A stretch of 53,860 nt of DNA from Candidatus Sumerlaeota bacterium (GTDB lineage Bacteria > Sumerlaeota > Sumerlaeia > JADFCW01): the NCBI GenBank assembly GCA_017161705.1, contig JADFCW010000004.1:1-53860 (forward strand), in the 5' to 3' direction. The translations under genes and the position numbers were made by a program. This document shows, piece by piece, positions 44,962 through 53,652 of this stretch. A model generated the notes under the pieces. The model saw nothing but the letters and a program-made list of their open reading frames with translations, was not told where the DNA came from and made no database searches. How positions within the stretch are numbered: the first letter of the stretch is position 1; every line of letters begins with the position of its first letter.

Positions 44962-45067
44962 GCGCCAAAGGCGCACTTAGCAAGGCATGCTCTTCGAGCA
45001 CATTTGATGTGCTGACAAGGGGCGATGATTTTCACCGTCTGAGGCATGAAACGTGGAACGTGAACGA

Positions 45068-45871
45068 ATGAATCGAATCGAAGCGATGTTTGCCGAAAAG
45101 GCGCGACGCGGCCAACGCGCATTCATCCCTTACATCACGGCGGGATTTCCCGATCTGCCGCGCACGGAACGGATCATAACGCTTCTGGCGGAAAACGGCG
45201 CGGATCTGATCGAGTTGGGCATTCCGTTTTCCGATCCGATAGCCGACGGGCCGACGATTCAGCGCGCGTCGGCAGCGGCGTTGGAAGCCGGGGCCAGCGT
45301 GGCCCGAATTGTAAGACTCGTCCGACAGGTCCGACGCCGGACGGACGTTCCCATTTTGCTTTTCAGCGCCTACAATCCGCTGTTTCATCGCGGGCTGGCG
45401 CGCGTAGCCGACGAGGCCAGGGAGGCCGGCGCTGACGGATTTCTCGTTCCCGATCTTCCGCCCGAAGAGTCGGCGGAGTTCGACGCCATTCTGCACGAGC
45501 GCGAGATGCCGCTGATCTATCTGGTTGCGCCGACCACGCCGCCGCAGCGCCGCGAAAAAATTGCCCGAGTCGCACGCGGTTTCCTTTACTATATCTCGCT
45601 CAAGGGCGTCACGGGCGAGCGCGCGGCGCTGCCGGCCGACCTCGAAGCGGGCGTGGCCGAGTTGCGCCGCCATACCGCGCTGCCGATCGCTGTCGGATTT
45701 GGCATTTCGCGGCCCGAGCATGCCCGCGCTGTGGCGCGGTTTGCCGACGGCGTGGTGGTCGGCAGCGCAATTGTCAAGAAGATTGATGAACTGCGCGACG
45801 ACCCTCAATGGGAGAGTCGCCTTGCCGAATTCGTTCGCTCGCTGGCAACCGCGGCAAAGACCGGCGGATAA
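45068..45871 (+). CDS. trpA: Tryptophan synthase alpha chain
   Basis: MNRIEAMFAEKARRGQRAFIPYITAGFPD...IELGIPFSDPIADGPTIQ...GFGIS. I use the ATG at 45068; the track ORF starts at GTG 45053. Confidence 0.92.
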   Translation: MNRIEAMFAEKARRGQRAFIPYITAGFPDLPRTERIITLLAENGADLIELGIPFSDPIADGPTIQRASAAALEAGASVARIVRLVRQVRRRTDVPILLFSAYNPLFHRGLARVADEAREAGADGFLVPDLPPEESAEFDAILHEREMPLIYLVAPTTPPQRREKIARVARGFLYYISLKGVTGERAALPADLEAGVAELRRHTALPIAVGFGISRPEHARAVARFADGVVVGSAIVKKIDELRDDPQWESRLAEFVRSLATAAKTGG

Positions 45872-45987
45872 GCCAGGCGGAACCGCATCGGAACCTGTGC
45901 GAAACGCACGAGGCGGCAGATTGGCGGTTGACAGCCGCCGGCGGAAGGCTCACATTTTTCTCACTTTTTGATCGAGGATTGTCCGTC

Positions 45988-46872
45988 ATGGCCTGGTTTC
46001 GAAAACCGCAATACACCGCCCTCCGCGCGACGCCTCCGCGCGACGCCATTCCGGAGGGCCTTTGGTTCAAATGCACTGAGTGCGTGAATTTCATCTATCG
46101 CAAGGACTTCGAACGCAATCTGATGGTGTGCCCGAAGTGCGGCGCGCATTTCAAAATGTCGGCCATGGAGCGTATTGGCATGCTCGCGGACGAGGGCACG
46201 TGGGAGGAATTCAACGCCCATATTCGGCCGACCGACGCGCTGAAGTTCTGCGACTCCAAGCCGTATGAAAAGCGGCTCAAGGACGCGATGTCCAAGGACG
46301 GTGCAAACGAAGCGGTGCGCACGGGCCGGTGCAAACTCGACGGCCACACTGTGTTGCTGTCGGTCATGGACTTCAATTTCATCGGCGGCAGCATGGGTTC
46401 GGTCGTCGGCGAGCGCGTCACGCGCTTGATGGAGCGCGCCTGCGCCGAGCGCCTGCCGGTGATCTCGGTGGCCACGTCGGGCGGCGCCCGGATGCAGGAA
46501 AGTATTCTGTCGCTGATGCAAATGGCCAAGACCAGCGCGGCCTGCGCCATGCTGGCTCGCGAGCGAATCCCGTATATCAGCGTGCTGACCGACCCGACGA
46601 CCGCCGGCGTCATGGCCAGCTTTGCCAGTCTGGGCGACGTGATTGTGGCCGAGCCGGGCGCGTTGATCGGTTTTGCAGGGCCGAGGGTGATTCAGCAAAC
46701 GATCAATCAGATTCTGCCGCGCGGCTTCCAGCGCTCGGATTTTGTCCTCGCCCACGGATTTGTGGACATTGTCGTCGAGCGCAAGTATCTGAAAGCCACG
46801 CTGGCCAGACTGGTGTCTTTCTTCTGGGATGAACCGAAAAGCACGGCAAAGGTGGTGCCGCTGGCCTTGTGA
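45988..46872 (+). CDS. accD: Acetyl-CoA carboxylase carboxyltransferase beta subunit
   Basis: I place the start at ATG 45988 (MAWFRKPQY...). N-terminal Zn ribbon CTEC...CPKCGAH. Carboxyltransferase motif FIGGSMGSVVGE...SGGARMQE. Confidence 0.92.
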   Translation: MAWFRKPQYTALRATPPRDAIPEGLWFKCTECVNFIYRKDFERNLMVCPKCGAHFKMSAMERIGMLADEGTWEEFNAHIRPTDALKFCDSKPYEKRLKDAMSKDGANEAVRTGRCKLDGHTVLLSVMDFNFIGGSMGSVVGERVTRLMERACAERLPVISVATSGGARMQESILSLMQMAKTSAACAMLARERIPYISVLTDPTTAGVMASFASLGDVIVAEPGALIGFAGPRVIQQTINQILPRGFQRSDFVLAHGFVDIVVERKYLKATLARLVSFFWDEPKSTAKVVPLAL

Positions 46873-47016
46873 GCGGAAAACGGGACCGGCCGGAGGCGCG
46901 GAAGGCCGCCAACCGGCTGAATGCTGAAGGCGGCGCGCCCGTCCAACCCTGCGTGTATTCTTCTCTGTGCGCGTTCGGCAACCTGCCGCCCGATTCTCTG
47001 AACTCGAGACCCCGCC

Positions 47017-48123
47017 ATGGCCGACGTTGTCCTGCGCAATGTAACCAAAGTCTATCCTCCCGGGGTGGTGGCCGTGAACGATCTTTCGCTGGAGGTGCGC
47101 GACCGCGAATTCATGGTTCTGGTCGGCCCCTCCGGATGCGGCAAGTCCACGACGCTCCGCATGATCGCGGGTCTGGAACCGGTCACCGCAGGGGAAATTT
47201 TTATTGCCGACCGCCAGGTCAACGATGTCGCCCCGAAGGACCGCGATCTGGCCATGGTGTTTCAAAACTATGCGCTCTATCCGCACATGAGCGTGTATGG
47301 CAACATGGCATTTGGGTTGCAATTTCGGGGCGTGTCGCGCGCCGAAATTGACCGCCGCGTGCGCGAGGCCGCCGACATTCTGGGCATCCGTCATTTGCTC
47401 GACCGCAAACCCCGCGCTCTGTCGGGCGGCGAGCGCCAGCGCGTGGCCGTCGGCCGCGCCATTGTTCGCCAGCCTCAGGCGTTTCTATTCGACGAGCCGC
47501 TGAGCAATCTGGATGCGAAGATGCGCGTCCAAATGCGGGCCGAACTCAGCAAACTGCACGGACGGTTGGCCGCCACGATGATTTACGTCACGCACGATCA
47601 GGTCGAGGCCATGACCATGGGGCACCGAATTGCGGTAATGAAAAACGGCGTCATTCAACAGGTGGCCGAACCGCTCGACCTCTATGAGCATCCGGCCAAC
47701 CGCTTTGTGGCGGAGTTTATCGGCAGCCCGCCGATGAATTTGATCGAGGGACGGATCGAAAGCGCCGGCGGCGGATTTTTCTTTACGGACGGACGGTTCC
47801 GCGTCGAAATGCCCCTCGCCCGCCGCGACCGGATCGCCCCGCACACCGGCAAGCCGGTTATCTTTGGCATCCGGCCGGAGCATCTGTGCGAACCGGCGAC
47901 GGGCGCAGACCTTGCCGGTCCTCTGGCCCCCGTGACCGCGCGGGTCGAGCTCATCGAGCCGATGGGGGCCGAGCAGTTCATGTATCTCCGTCTCAACGAT
48001 ACGACGTTGATCGCGCGGTTGGACTCCCACATTCGTGCCGAAGTGAATGAAATCCGGACGTTGTATATGGAAATGAACCAGGCGCACTTGTTCGACGCCG
48101 CAACGGGACAGGCGATTTTTTGA
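47017..48123 (+). CDS. ABC transporter ATP-binding protein, MalK/UgpC/MsmX (sugar importer) type
   Basis: 368 aa. Walker A GPSGCGKST, signature LSGGERQR, Walker B FLFDEPLS. C-terminal TOBE-like regulatory domain. No permease or binding-protein gene is adjacent. Confidence 0.9.
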   Translation: MADVVLRNVTKVYPPGVVAVNDLSLEVRDREFMVLVGPSGCGKSTTLRMIAGLEPVTAGEIFIADRQVNDVAPKDRDLAMVFQNYALYPHMSVYGNMAFGLQFRGVSRAEIDRRVREAADILGIRHLLDRKPRALSGGERQRVAVGRAIVRQPQAFLFDEPLSNLDAKMRVQMRAELSKLHGRLAATMIYVTHDQVEAMTMGHRIAVMKNGVIQQVAEPLDLYEHPANRFVAEFIGSPPMNLIEGRIESAGGGFFFTDGRFRVEMPLARRDRIAPHTGKPVIFGIRPEHLCEPATGADLAGPLAPVTARVELIEPMGAEQFMYLRLNDTTLIARLDSHIRAEVNEIRTLYMEMNQAHLFDAATGQAIF

Positions 48124-48184
48124 GACGCGGCGCGCGGACGACGGCGGCGAGGCTGTTCACCCGCCTTTGCAGGGAGGCAACAGG

Positions 48185-49306
48185 ATGTTGCCCGAAAAAC
48201 GACTGCTGATCATTGACGATGAGCGCCGCATGGCCGACAGCCTCCAGTCGCTGTTCGAGGCCGAGGGCTATCGCGCCGATGTTGCCTATGGCGGCGTCGA
48301 GGGAATCGAGAAAATTCGCGCCAACGACTATCAGGTTATCATTACCGACATCCGCATGGGCGACCGCGACGGCTACGAGGTGATGCGGTTCGTGCGCGAC
48401 AACCGGCCCAAGGCTCTGGTGATCGCCATCACCGGCTATGTCTCGACGGAATCGGTTATTCAGGCGATCCGCCAGTCGGCTTTCGACTATGTGCCCAAGC
48501 CGTATGAGTTCGACATGCTGCGCGGGGTGGTCGAGCGCGCCTTTGCCCAGATCGAAACCCACCAGATGCGCGAGGATTTGATTTCGATGATCACCCACGA
48601 TATCAAAGTCCCGCTCGGAACGATAATCGGCTACGCTCATCTGGCGCTGGAGGGCGGGAGCGACAAGCTGCCGGCTCAAACACGCGAGTATCTGGAGCTG
48701 ATCTCGATCAATAGCCAGCGCATTCTCTCGCTGGTGGATAACTTTCTGACCACCTGCCGGGTCGAAGCCGGCCGGCTCGAGATTCTGGAAATGCCGGTGA
48801 ATCTCCTCGAAGTGATCGAGGACTTGCAGCCGATCAGCGACCTCGAAGCTCGGAAGCGCGATGTCGAACTGCATGTTCGTATCGAGCCCTGTGAAGCGAT
48901 CATTCTCGGCGACGCGAATTTGCTCTTTCGCGCCCTGGGAAATCTTTTTCATAATGCGATCAAATACGCCGGCCAGAAGGGCTGGGTCGAAATTGCCCTG
49001 CGCAACGCCGACCTGGAGCGCGAAGGCCGAAGCATCCGCTGCGTGCTGGTCGAGATCGCCAACAGCGGCGAAGGCATCGCTCCCGATGCGCTGCCGCGCA
49101 TTTTCGAGCGCTTCGAACGCTGGGGCACTGCGCGCGGTTCCCACGAGGGCGCCGGCCTGGGCCTTTACGTCGTCCGCTGCATCGTCGAGTCGCATCACGG
49201 CTTCATCGATGTCGAAAGCCAGCCGGGCGAACGCACCGTGTTCCGCGTGTATTTCCCGGTGGCCCCGAACGATGGCGCCGGTACAGCCGGGCAACCGGCA
49301 GAATGA
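48185..49306 (+). CDS. Hybrid sensor kinase: N-terminal receiver (REC) plus HisKA plus HATPase_c, with no recognisable sensor domain
   Basis: I place the start at ATG 48185 (MLPEKRLLIIDDE), with GGGAGG 7 nt upstream. H-box SMITHDIKVPL. N and G boxes: LFHNAIKY and GAGLGLYVV. Confidence 0.85.
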   Translation: MLPEKRLLIIDDERRMADSLQSLFEAEGYRADVAYGGVEGIEKIRANDYQVIITDIRMGDRDGYEVMRFVRDNRPKALVIAITGYVSTESVIQAIRQSAFDYVPKPYEFDMLRGVVERAFAQIETHQMREDLISMITHDIKVPLGTIIGYAHLALEGGSDKLPAQTREYLELISINSQRILSLVDNFLTTCRVEAGRLEILEMPVNLLEVIEDLQPISDLEARKRDVELHVRIEPCEAIILGDANLLFRALGNLFHNAIKYAGQKGWVEIALRNADLEREGRSIRCVLVEIANSGEGIAPDALPRIFERFERWGTARGSHEGAGLGLYVVRCIVESHHGFIDVESQPGERTVFRVYFPVAPNDGAGTAGQPAE

Positions 49307-49318
49307 AACGAGCAGGCC

Positions 49319-50503
49319 ATGCTGGTTTTGGGGATCGAAAGCTCTTGCGACGAAACATCGGCCGCCGTTGTGCGCGACGGACGCCATGTCCTGTCCAACA
49401 TCGTCTGGTCGCAGGTGAAGCTTCATGCCCCCTACGGCGGGGTGGTTCCAGAGCTAGCCTCGCGCGCGCATATTCGCAACATCTCGACCGTTGTGGGCCT
49501 GGCGCTCCGGCGCGCGGGTATTGGGCTGGAATCTATTGACCTTGTTGCCGTCACGCGCGGGCCGGGCCTGGTCGGCTCGCTTCTCGTCGGGGTCGAGTTC
49601 GCCAAGGCGCTGGCGTTTGCGCGCAACCTGCCGCTGGTGGCCGTTCATCATATTGCCGCTCATCTCCACTCGCCATTCCTGCGGCAGGCCCCGCATACGT
49701 ATGATCTGGCTTTCTCCGATGAGTCTGACAGGTCCGACAGATCCGACAAGTCTGATAGGTCCGACAAATCCAGCCCGGCCCCGGGCGCTCCGCGCCCGCG
49801 TTATCCTTATCTGGGGCTGGCCATTTCCGGCGGACACACCAGTTTGACGCGAGTCGAAGGGCCGGGAGAATATCGTACGCTGGGCGAGACGCGCGACGAC
49901 GCCGTCGGCGAAGCATATGACAAAGTGGCTAAGTTGCTCGGTCTGGGTTACCCCGGCGGCCCGCTGATTGACAAACTGGCCGCCGAGGGCGATCCGCGCG
50001 CTGTGCGGTTTCCCCGGCCGATGCGCGGCGAAAAAACGCTCGACTTCTCTTTCAGCGGCCTCAAGACCGCTGTTCTTCATCACGTCGAGTCGGTCGGCCT
50101 CGAAGCAATTCGCGCCGACCGCACTCGATTACGCGGCATTGCTGCCTCGTTTCAGGCCGCCGTAATTGATTCGCTCATCGAGAAGACCTGTCTGGCGCTT
50201 CGGCGCGAACGTCTGGACTCGCTGGCTGCTGTCGGCGGCGTGGCTTGCAATGCGGGTCTGCGTCGGGCGCTGGCCGCACTGCACCGCAAACCCGCCGGCT
50301 CTGCCGCCGCATCTTCATCTCTCATCCCTTACCCCTCATCCCTCAGGAATTTGTGGATTCCACCGCCCCCGCTGTGCACCGACAATGCGGCGATGGTTGC
50401 CGCTTTGGGTTATCAGTTGTATCGCGCCGGCCGCCGCGATAACGACCTTTCGCTGAACGCCGATCCGGGCTGGAGATTGGAAACCCCACTCCGGCCGGAG
50501 TAA
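49319..50503 (+). CDS. tsaD: tRNA N6-adenosine threonylcarbamoyltransferase TsaD (Kae1/Gcp family), with two low-complexity insertions
   Basis: LGIESSCDETS, YGGVVPELASRAH, GPGLVGSLLVG, HHIAAHL, SGGHT, LGYPGGP, FSFSGLKT, GGVACN, CTDNAAM. Confidence 0.92.
   Translation: MLVLGIESSCDETSAAVVRDGRHVLSNIVWSQVKLHAPYGGVVPELASRAHIRNISTVVGLALRRAGIGLESIDLVAVTRGPGLVGSLLVGVEFAKALAFARNLPLVAVHHIAAHLHSPFLRQAPHTYDLAFSDESDRSDRSDKSDRSDKSSPAPGAPRPRYPYLGLAISGGHTSLTRVEGPGEYRTLGETRDDAVGEAYDKVAKLLGLGYPGGPLIDKLAAEGDPRAVRFPRPMRGEKTLDFSFSGLKTAVLHHVESVGLEAIRADRTRLRGIAASFQAAVIDSLIEKTCLALRRERLDSLAAVGGVACNAGLRRALAALHRKPAGSAAASSSLIPYPSSLRNLWIPPPPLCTDNAAMVAALGYQLYRAGRRDNDLSLNADPGWRLETPLRPE
49724..49768 (+). repeat. In-frame 9-bp tandem repeat x5 (TCYGAYARR) inside tsaD, encoding SDR-SDR-SDK-SDR-SDK
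   Basis: Units are tctgacagg, tccgacaga, tccgacaag, tctgatagg, tccgacaaa, read directly and in frame with tsaD. Confidence 0.9.
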
Positions 50504-50525
50504 TGTCCTTTCGGTCATAACACCT

Positions 50526-51413
50526 ATGGCGTCTATCCCCAAAACGCTCTTCCAAAAGATTCTGATTGTTTTAGAAATGATCAAGTTCGAGCACACGCTG
50601 TTTGCCCTGCCGTTTGCCCTGATGGCCATGCTGCTTGCCGCGCGCGACTTCCCCGCACCGGGCAATCGTCTGCCGTCAGCCCGCGTGATTATTCTTATTA
50701 TAATCGCCTGCTATGCCGCGCGGTCGGCGGCCATGGCGTTCAACCGTCTTGCCGACCTCGAACAAGACCGCGAGAACCCGCGAACGCGGAATCGCGCCCT
50801 GCCGGCTGGACTGCTCACGCCCCATTTTGTCTGGGCCTTCACCCTTGCCCACATTGCGCTGTTTCTCTGGGCCGCCTGGATGCTCAACTGGCTTGCGTTC
50901 GCCCTGTCGCCGGTTGCATTGGCAATCATTTTGGGGTATTCGTATGTCAAGCGTATTTCCTTTACAACCCACTTTATTTTAGGTTTGGCCCTGGGAATTG
51001 CTCCGATGGGCGCCTGGATCGCTGTTCGCGGCAGTTTTGACATCCGGCCGATGATCCTCAGTCTCGCCGTGCTGCTCTGGACCGCCGGTTTCGACATTAT
51101 CTATGCCTGTCAAGATTATGCTTTCGATGTTGCCAAGGGGCTGCATTCCATTCCGGCGCGCTTTGGAATTCGCAAGGCTTTGGCTATGTCTTCCGGCCTG
51201 CATGTTCTGGCGTGGCTGGCGCTGATGGGTTTTGCGTGGGCTGCCAGGAGCGGGTGGCTGTTTGCGGGAGGGGTGGTCCTGGTGGGCTTGCTGCTGATTT
51301 ACGAGCATGCTATTGTCAAGCCTGATAACTTGTCACGCGTAAACGTGGCATTTTTCAATGTCAACGGCATGGTCGGCGTGTTGCTATTCTTGTGCTTCCT
51401 GTTGGAGATGTAG
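50526..51413 (+). CDS. UbiA-family aromatic prenyltransferase (4-hydroxybenzoate polyprenyltransferase-like; possibly quinone biosynthesis)
   Basis: 295 aa, about 8-9 TM segments. Asp-rich motifs NRLADLEQDRENPRT and DIIYACQDYAFD. Confidence 0.8.
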   Translation: MASIPKTLFQKILIVLEMIKFEHTLFALPFALMAMLLAARDFPAPGNRLPSARVIILIIIACYAARSAAMAFNRLADLEQDRENPRTRNRALPAGLLTPHFVWAFTLAHIALFLWAAWMLNWLAFALSPVALAIILGYSYVKRISFTTHFILGLALGIAPMGAWIAVRGSFDIRPMILSLAVLLWTAGFDIIYACQDYAFDVAKGLHSIPARFGIRKALAMSSGLHVLAWLALMGFAWAARSGWLFAGGVVLVGLLLIYEHAIVKPDNLSRVNVAFFNVNGMVGVLLFLCFLLEM

Positions 51414-51436
51414 CGGTCAGGGCGAGGAGTTCGACA

Positions 51437-51586
51437 GTGTTCTGTCGCAAATGCAAAGTGAAAATGGTCGAGCAGAAACGCGTTTTTCACAAACAGCGCA
51501 AGTGGGTTTGCCCGCGCTGCGGTCGAGCCCGAATGCAGCAACAATCAGGCAAGCCGAAAGAATCGGGGCGTCGCATTTGCGTGTGA
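51437..51586 (+). CDS. Small basic four-Cys zinc-ribbon protein (49 aa), hypothetical
   Basis: GTG at 51437 is preceded by GAGGAG at 7-nt spacing. The protein reads VFCRKCKVKMVEQKRVFHKQRKWVCPRCGRARMQQQSGKPKESGRRICV (CxxC...CxxC). The longer track ORF overlaps the ubiA-family gene end. Confidence 0.4.
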   Translation: MFCRKCKVKMVEQKRVFHKQRKWVCPRCGRARMQQQSGKPKESGRRICV

Positions 51587-51605
51587 ACTGCAGGCTTGAC
51601 GTTTG

Positions 51606-52385
51606 TTATCGCGACAGCCAGCCTCCGTCCACAGCCACAATGAATCCGTTGACATAATCCGAGGCCGCCGACGCTAGAAAAACCACCGCGCCTTTCAACT
51701 CATGCGGTTCCCCCCAGCGTCCAGCCGGAATTCGCGCCACGATATCCGGATTGCGTTTCGGGTCCTCGTAAATCGCCCGCGTCAACTCCGTCCGCATGTA
51801 GCCCGGCGCGATCGCATTGACCTGCACGTTGTATTTTGCCCATTCGTTGGCGAACGCTTTGGTCAACTGCGCCACGCCCCCCTTGCTGGCTGCATAGGCC
51901 GGCACCAGAATTCCTCCTTGAAACGACAGCATCGAGGCAATGTTGACGATCTTTCCCCCGCCCTGCCGGATCATTCGGCGGCCGGCCTCCTGACAGGCAA
52001 TGAAGACGCTTTTGAGGTTCACCGCAATGGTGCGATCCCACTCCTCTTCGGGATAGTCCTCGGCCTTCGTGCGGGGACAAATCCCGTGGGCATTGACCAA
52101 AATATCCACGCGGCCGAATTCGCGGTCGGCCAGTTGAAACAGCTCGCGCACCGACTGGGGCTCGCGCGCTTCGACCTCTGCCGCAACACAGACGCGTCCG
52201 ATCCGCGCGGCAAAACGGCACAGACCGTCGAGTCGGTCGCGCCGACGGGCAGCGGCAATCACGTCGGCGCCCATCTCCAGCAGCGCTTCGGCCATGGCAT
52301 TGCCCAGCCCGCCCGAAGCGCCGATGACCACAGCCTTCCGGTTGGCCAGACTGAACAGTTCGCATGTGGGAACTGGTTTGGACAT
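51606..52385 (-). CDS. Short-chain dehydrogenase/reductase, KduD (2-dehydro-3-deoxy-D-gluconate 5-dehydrogenase)-like
   Basis: I place the start at ATG 52385 (MSKPVPTCELFSL...), with GGAGGG upstream. Contains VIGASGGLG and YAASKGG (YxxxK). The C-terminal half, as I recall E. coli KduD, is very similar (GGKIVNIASMLSFQGG...NEWAKYNVQVNAIAPGYM...RIPAGRWG...DYVNGFIVAVDGGWL). Confidence 0.8.
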   Translation of the reverse strand: MSKPVPTCELFSLANRKAVVIGASGGLGNAMAEALLEMGADVIAAARRRDRLDGLCRFAARIGRVCVAAEVEAREPQSVRELFQLADREFGRVDILVNAHGICPRTKAEDYPEEEWDRTIAVNLKSVFIACQEAGRRMIRQGGGKIVNIASMLSFQGGILVPAYAASKGGVAQLTKAFANEWAKYNVQVNAIAPGYMRTELTRAIYEDPKRNPDIVARIPAGRWGEPHELKGAVVFLASAASDYVNGFIVAVDGGWLSR

Positions 52386-52460
52386 CGGAACCCTCCGTCT
52401 GAAATCATGAGACTGTTCGCAGAAATTGGAGCTGCAGCGATTAGCGGGATCCAGACAAAC

Positions 52461-52492
52461 TTTGGAATGCGCGCAGCCCTGCTGCCGCTTTG
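52461..52492 (+). repeat. Solo degenerate copy of the palindromic element
   Basis: TTTGGAATGCGCGCAGCCCTGCTGCCGCTTTG lies in the spacer between the SDR gene and dapB. Confidence 0.7.
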
Positions 52493-52723
52493 TCCAGCGA
52501 CAGGCATACACTTGCCAAACGCTGTCCTTTCCGGCAATACAAAACGGTTTTTTGATAATGTGGCGTCTGGCCACAACCAAAGGCGTGCGCAATTCCAAGG
52601 TCCCGCTAAAGATACATCAGCAAACCGACCTTCGCAAGAGCCTCTTTTGTCTTGCATTGGAATGTTCAACGGCAAGAAACTTTTCGGTGAGGATTAGTTT
52701 CATCCGCTGAAAGGAGCCGTTCC

Positions 52724-53479
52724 ATGCGGCTAGCACTGATCGGATACGGAAAAATGGGCCGGGCCATCGAGGCGCTGGCTCCCGCGCGCGGTCATGAAGT
52801 GGTCGCAACGGTGGACTTAAAAGAGCGCGCAGCCGGATTTCGCCGCCTGACCCGCCAGGCCGTCGAGGCCGCCGACGTTTGCATCGAGTTCACCGCGCCT
52901 CATGCGGCGCTCGGCAATCTCCTGCGCCTCTGCCAACTGGGCAAACGCGTGGTGACCGGCACGACCGGGTGGTTCGATCATCTCGACGAGTTGGCGGCAG
53001 TGGTGGCGAAAAAGAAGGCCACGGTACTGTATGGGGCGAACTTTTCCATCGGGGTCAACTTGTTTTACCGGGTGGTCGAGCGTGCAGCCGAGTTGTTCGG
53101 CAGGCTCGACGACCGCGATTTCTATGTGGCCGAGGCGCACCATCGCGCCAAACTCGATGCGCCCAGCGGCACGGCGAAACGTCTGGCCGAGATCGTTCTG
53201 GCCAAGAGCCGCGCCAAGAAACGCACGCTCCATCGCCTCGACGGACCGATCGCTGAAGACCAGGTGCAAATCGTCTCGACGCGTGCGGGCTGGATCACCG
53301 GCATTCATCGCCTCGGCATCGAGGGGCCTCATGACTCGATCGTGATCGAGCACCAGGCGCGTTCGCGCGATACGTTTGCCGACGGCGCGCTGCGCGCCGC
53401 CGAATGGGTTCTATCCGCACCCCCGGGTCTTTATCGCTTCGAGGATGTCCTCGATCAGCTCCTGCGCATACCGTCCTGA
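52724..53479 (+). CDS. dapB: 4-hydroxy-tetrahydrodipicolinate reductase
   Basis: 251 aa with AAAGGAG SD. Motifs GYGKMGR (NAD(P) binding) and EAHHRAKLDAPSGTA. Confidence 0.92.
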   Translation: MRLALIGYGKMGRAIEALAPARGHEVVATVDLKERAAGFRRLTRQAVEAADVCIEFTAPHAALGNLLRLCQLGKRVVTGTTGWFDHLDELAAVVAKKKATVLYGANFSIGVNLFYRVVERAAELFGRLDDRDFYVAEAHHRAKLDAPSGTAKRLAEIVLAKSRAKKRTLHRLDGPIAEDQVQIVSTRAGWITGIHRLGIEGPHDSIVIEHQARSRDTFADGALRAAEWVLSAPPGLYRFEDVLDQLLRIPS

Positions 53480-53522
53480 GCGGGCGAGGGCGAAGAAGCT
53501 CGACAAGCAGGCAGGCCGGAGG

Positions 53523-53548
53523 ACGAATGCTGCGGCGTTCGTTTTTTT
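53523..53548 (+). terminator. Rho-independent terminator after dapB
   Basis: ACGAATGC-tgcg-GCGTTCGT gives an 8 bp stem with one G-U pair and a 4-nt loop. It runs into TTTTTTT and lies about 44 nt after the dapB stop. Confidence 0.7.
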
Positions 53549-53567
53549 GCGGAAGATCTTTCCGTCG

Positions 53568-53627
53568 GACTGTGCGTGACCATGCTGCCCTTTTCCTTTG
53601 GACTGCGCGCGGCGATGACGCCGTTTT
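53568..53627 (+). repeat. Two degenerate copies of the palindromic element
   Basis: GGACTGTGCGTGACCATGCTGCCCTTT and TTTGGACTGCGCGCGGCGATGACGCCGTTTT, in the orientation opposite to the copies embedded in the following tandem array. Confidence 0.55.
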
Positions 53628-53652
53628 CCTTTTTGCTTTTGCCGAGGAAGGC

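Noticed and set aside
44487-45122. ORFs of 60-211 aa on both strands across the repeat array (for example 44487..45122 minus, 44598..45071 plus, 44618..44980 plus)
   Set aside because: Their sequences are simply translations of the palindromic and 16-bp repeats (ECGSHAAAL..., LAVQRAGSPTRWQSNA...). They have no SD and no coding signal.
45961-49426. Two 477-aa minus-strand ORFs (45961..47394 and 47993..49426)
   Set aside because: Antisense shadows of accD plus the ABC ATPase, and of the REC-histidine kinase.
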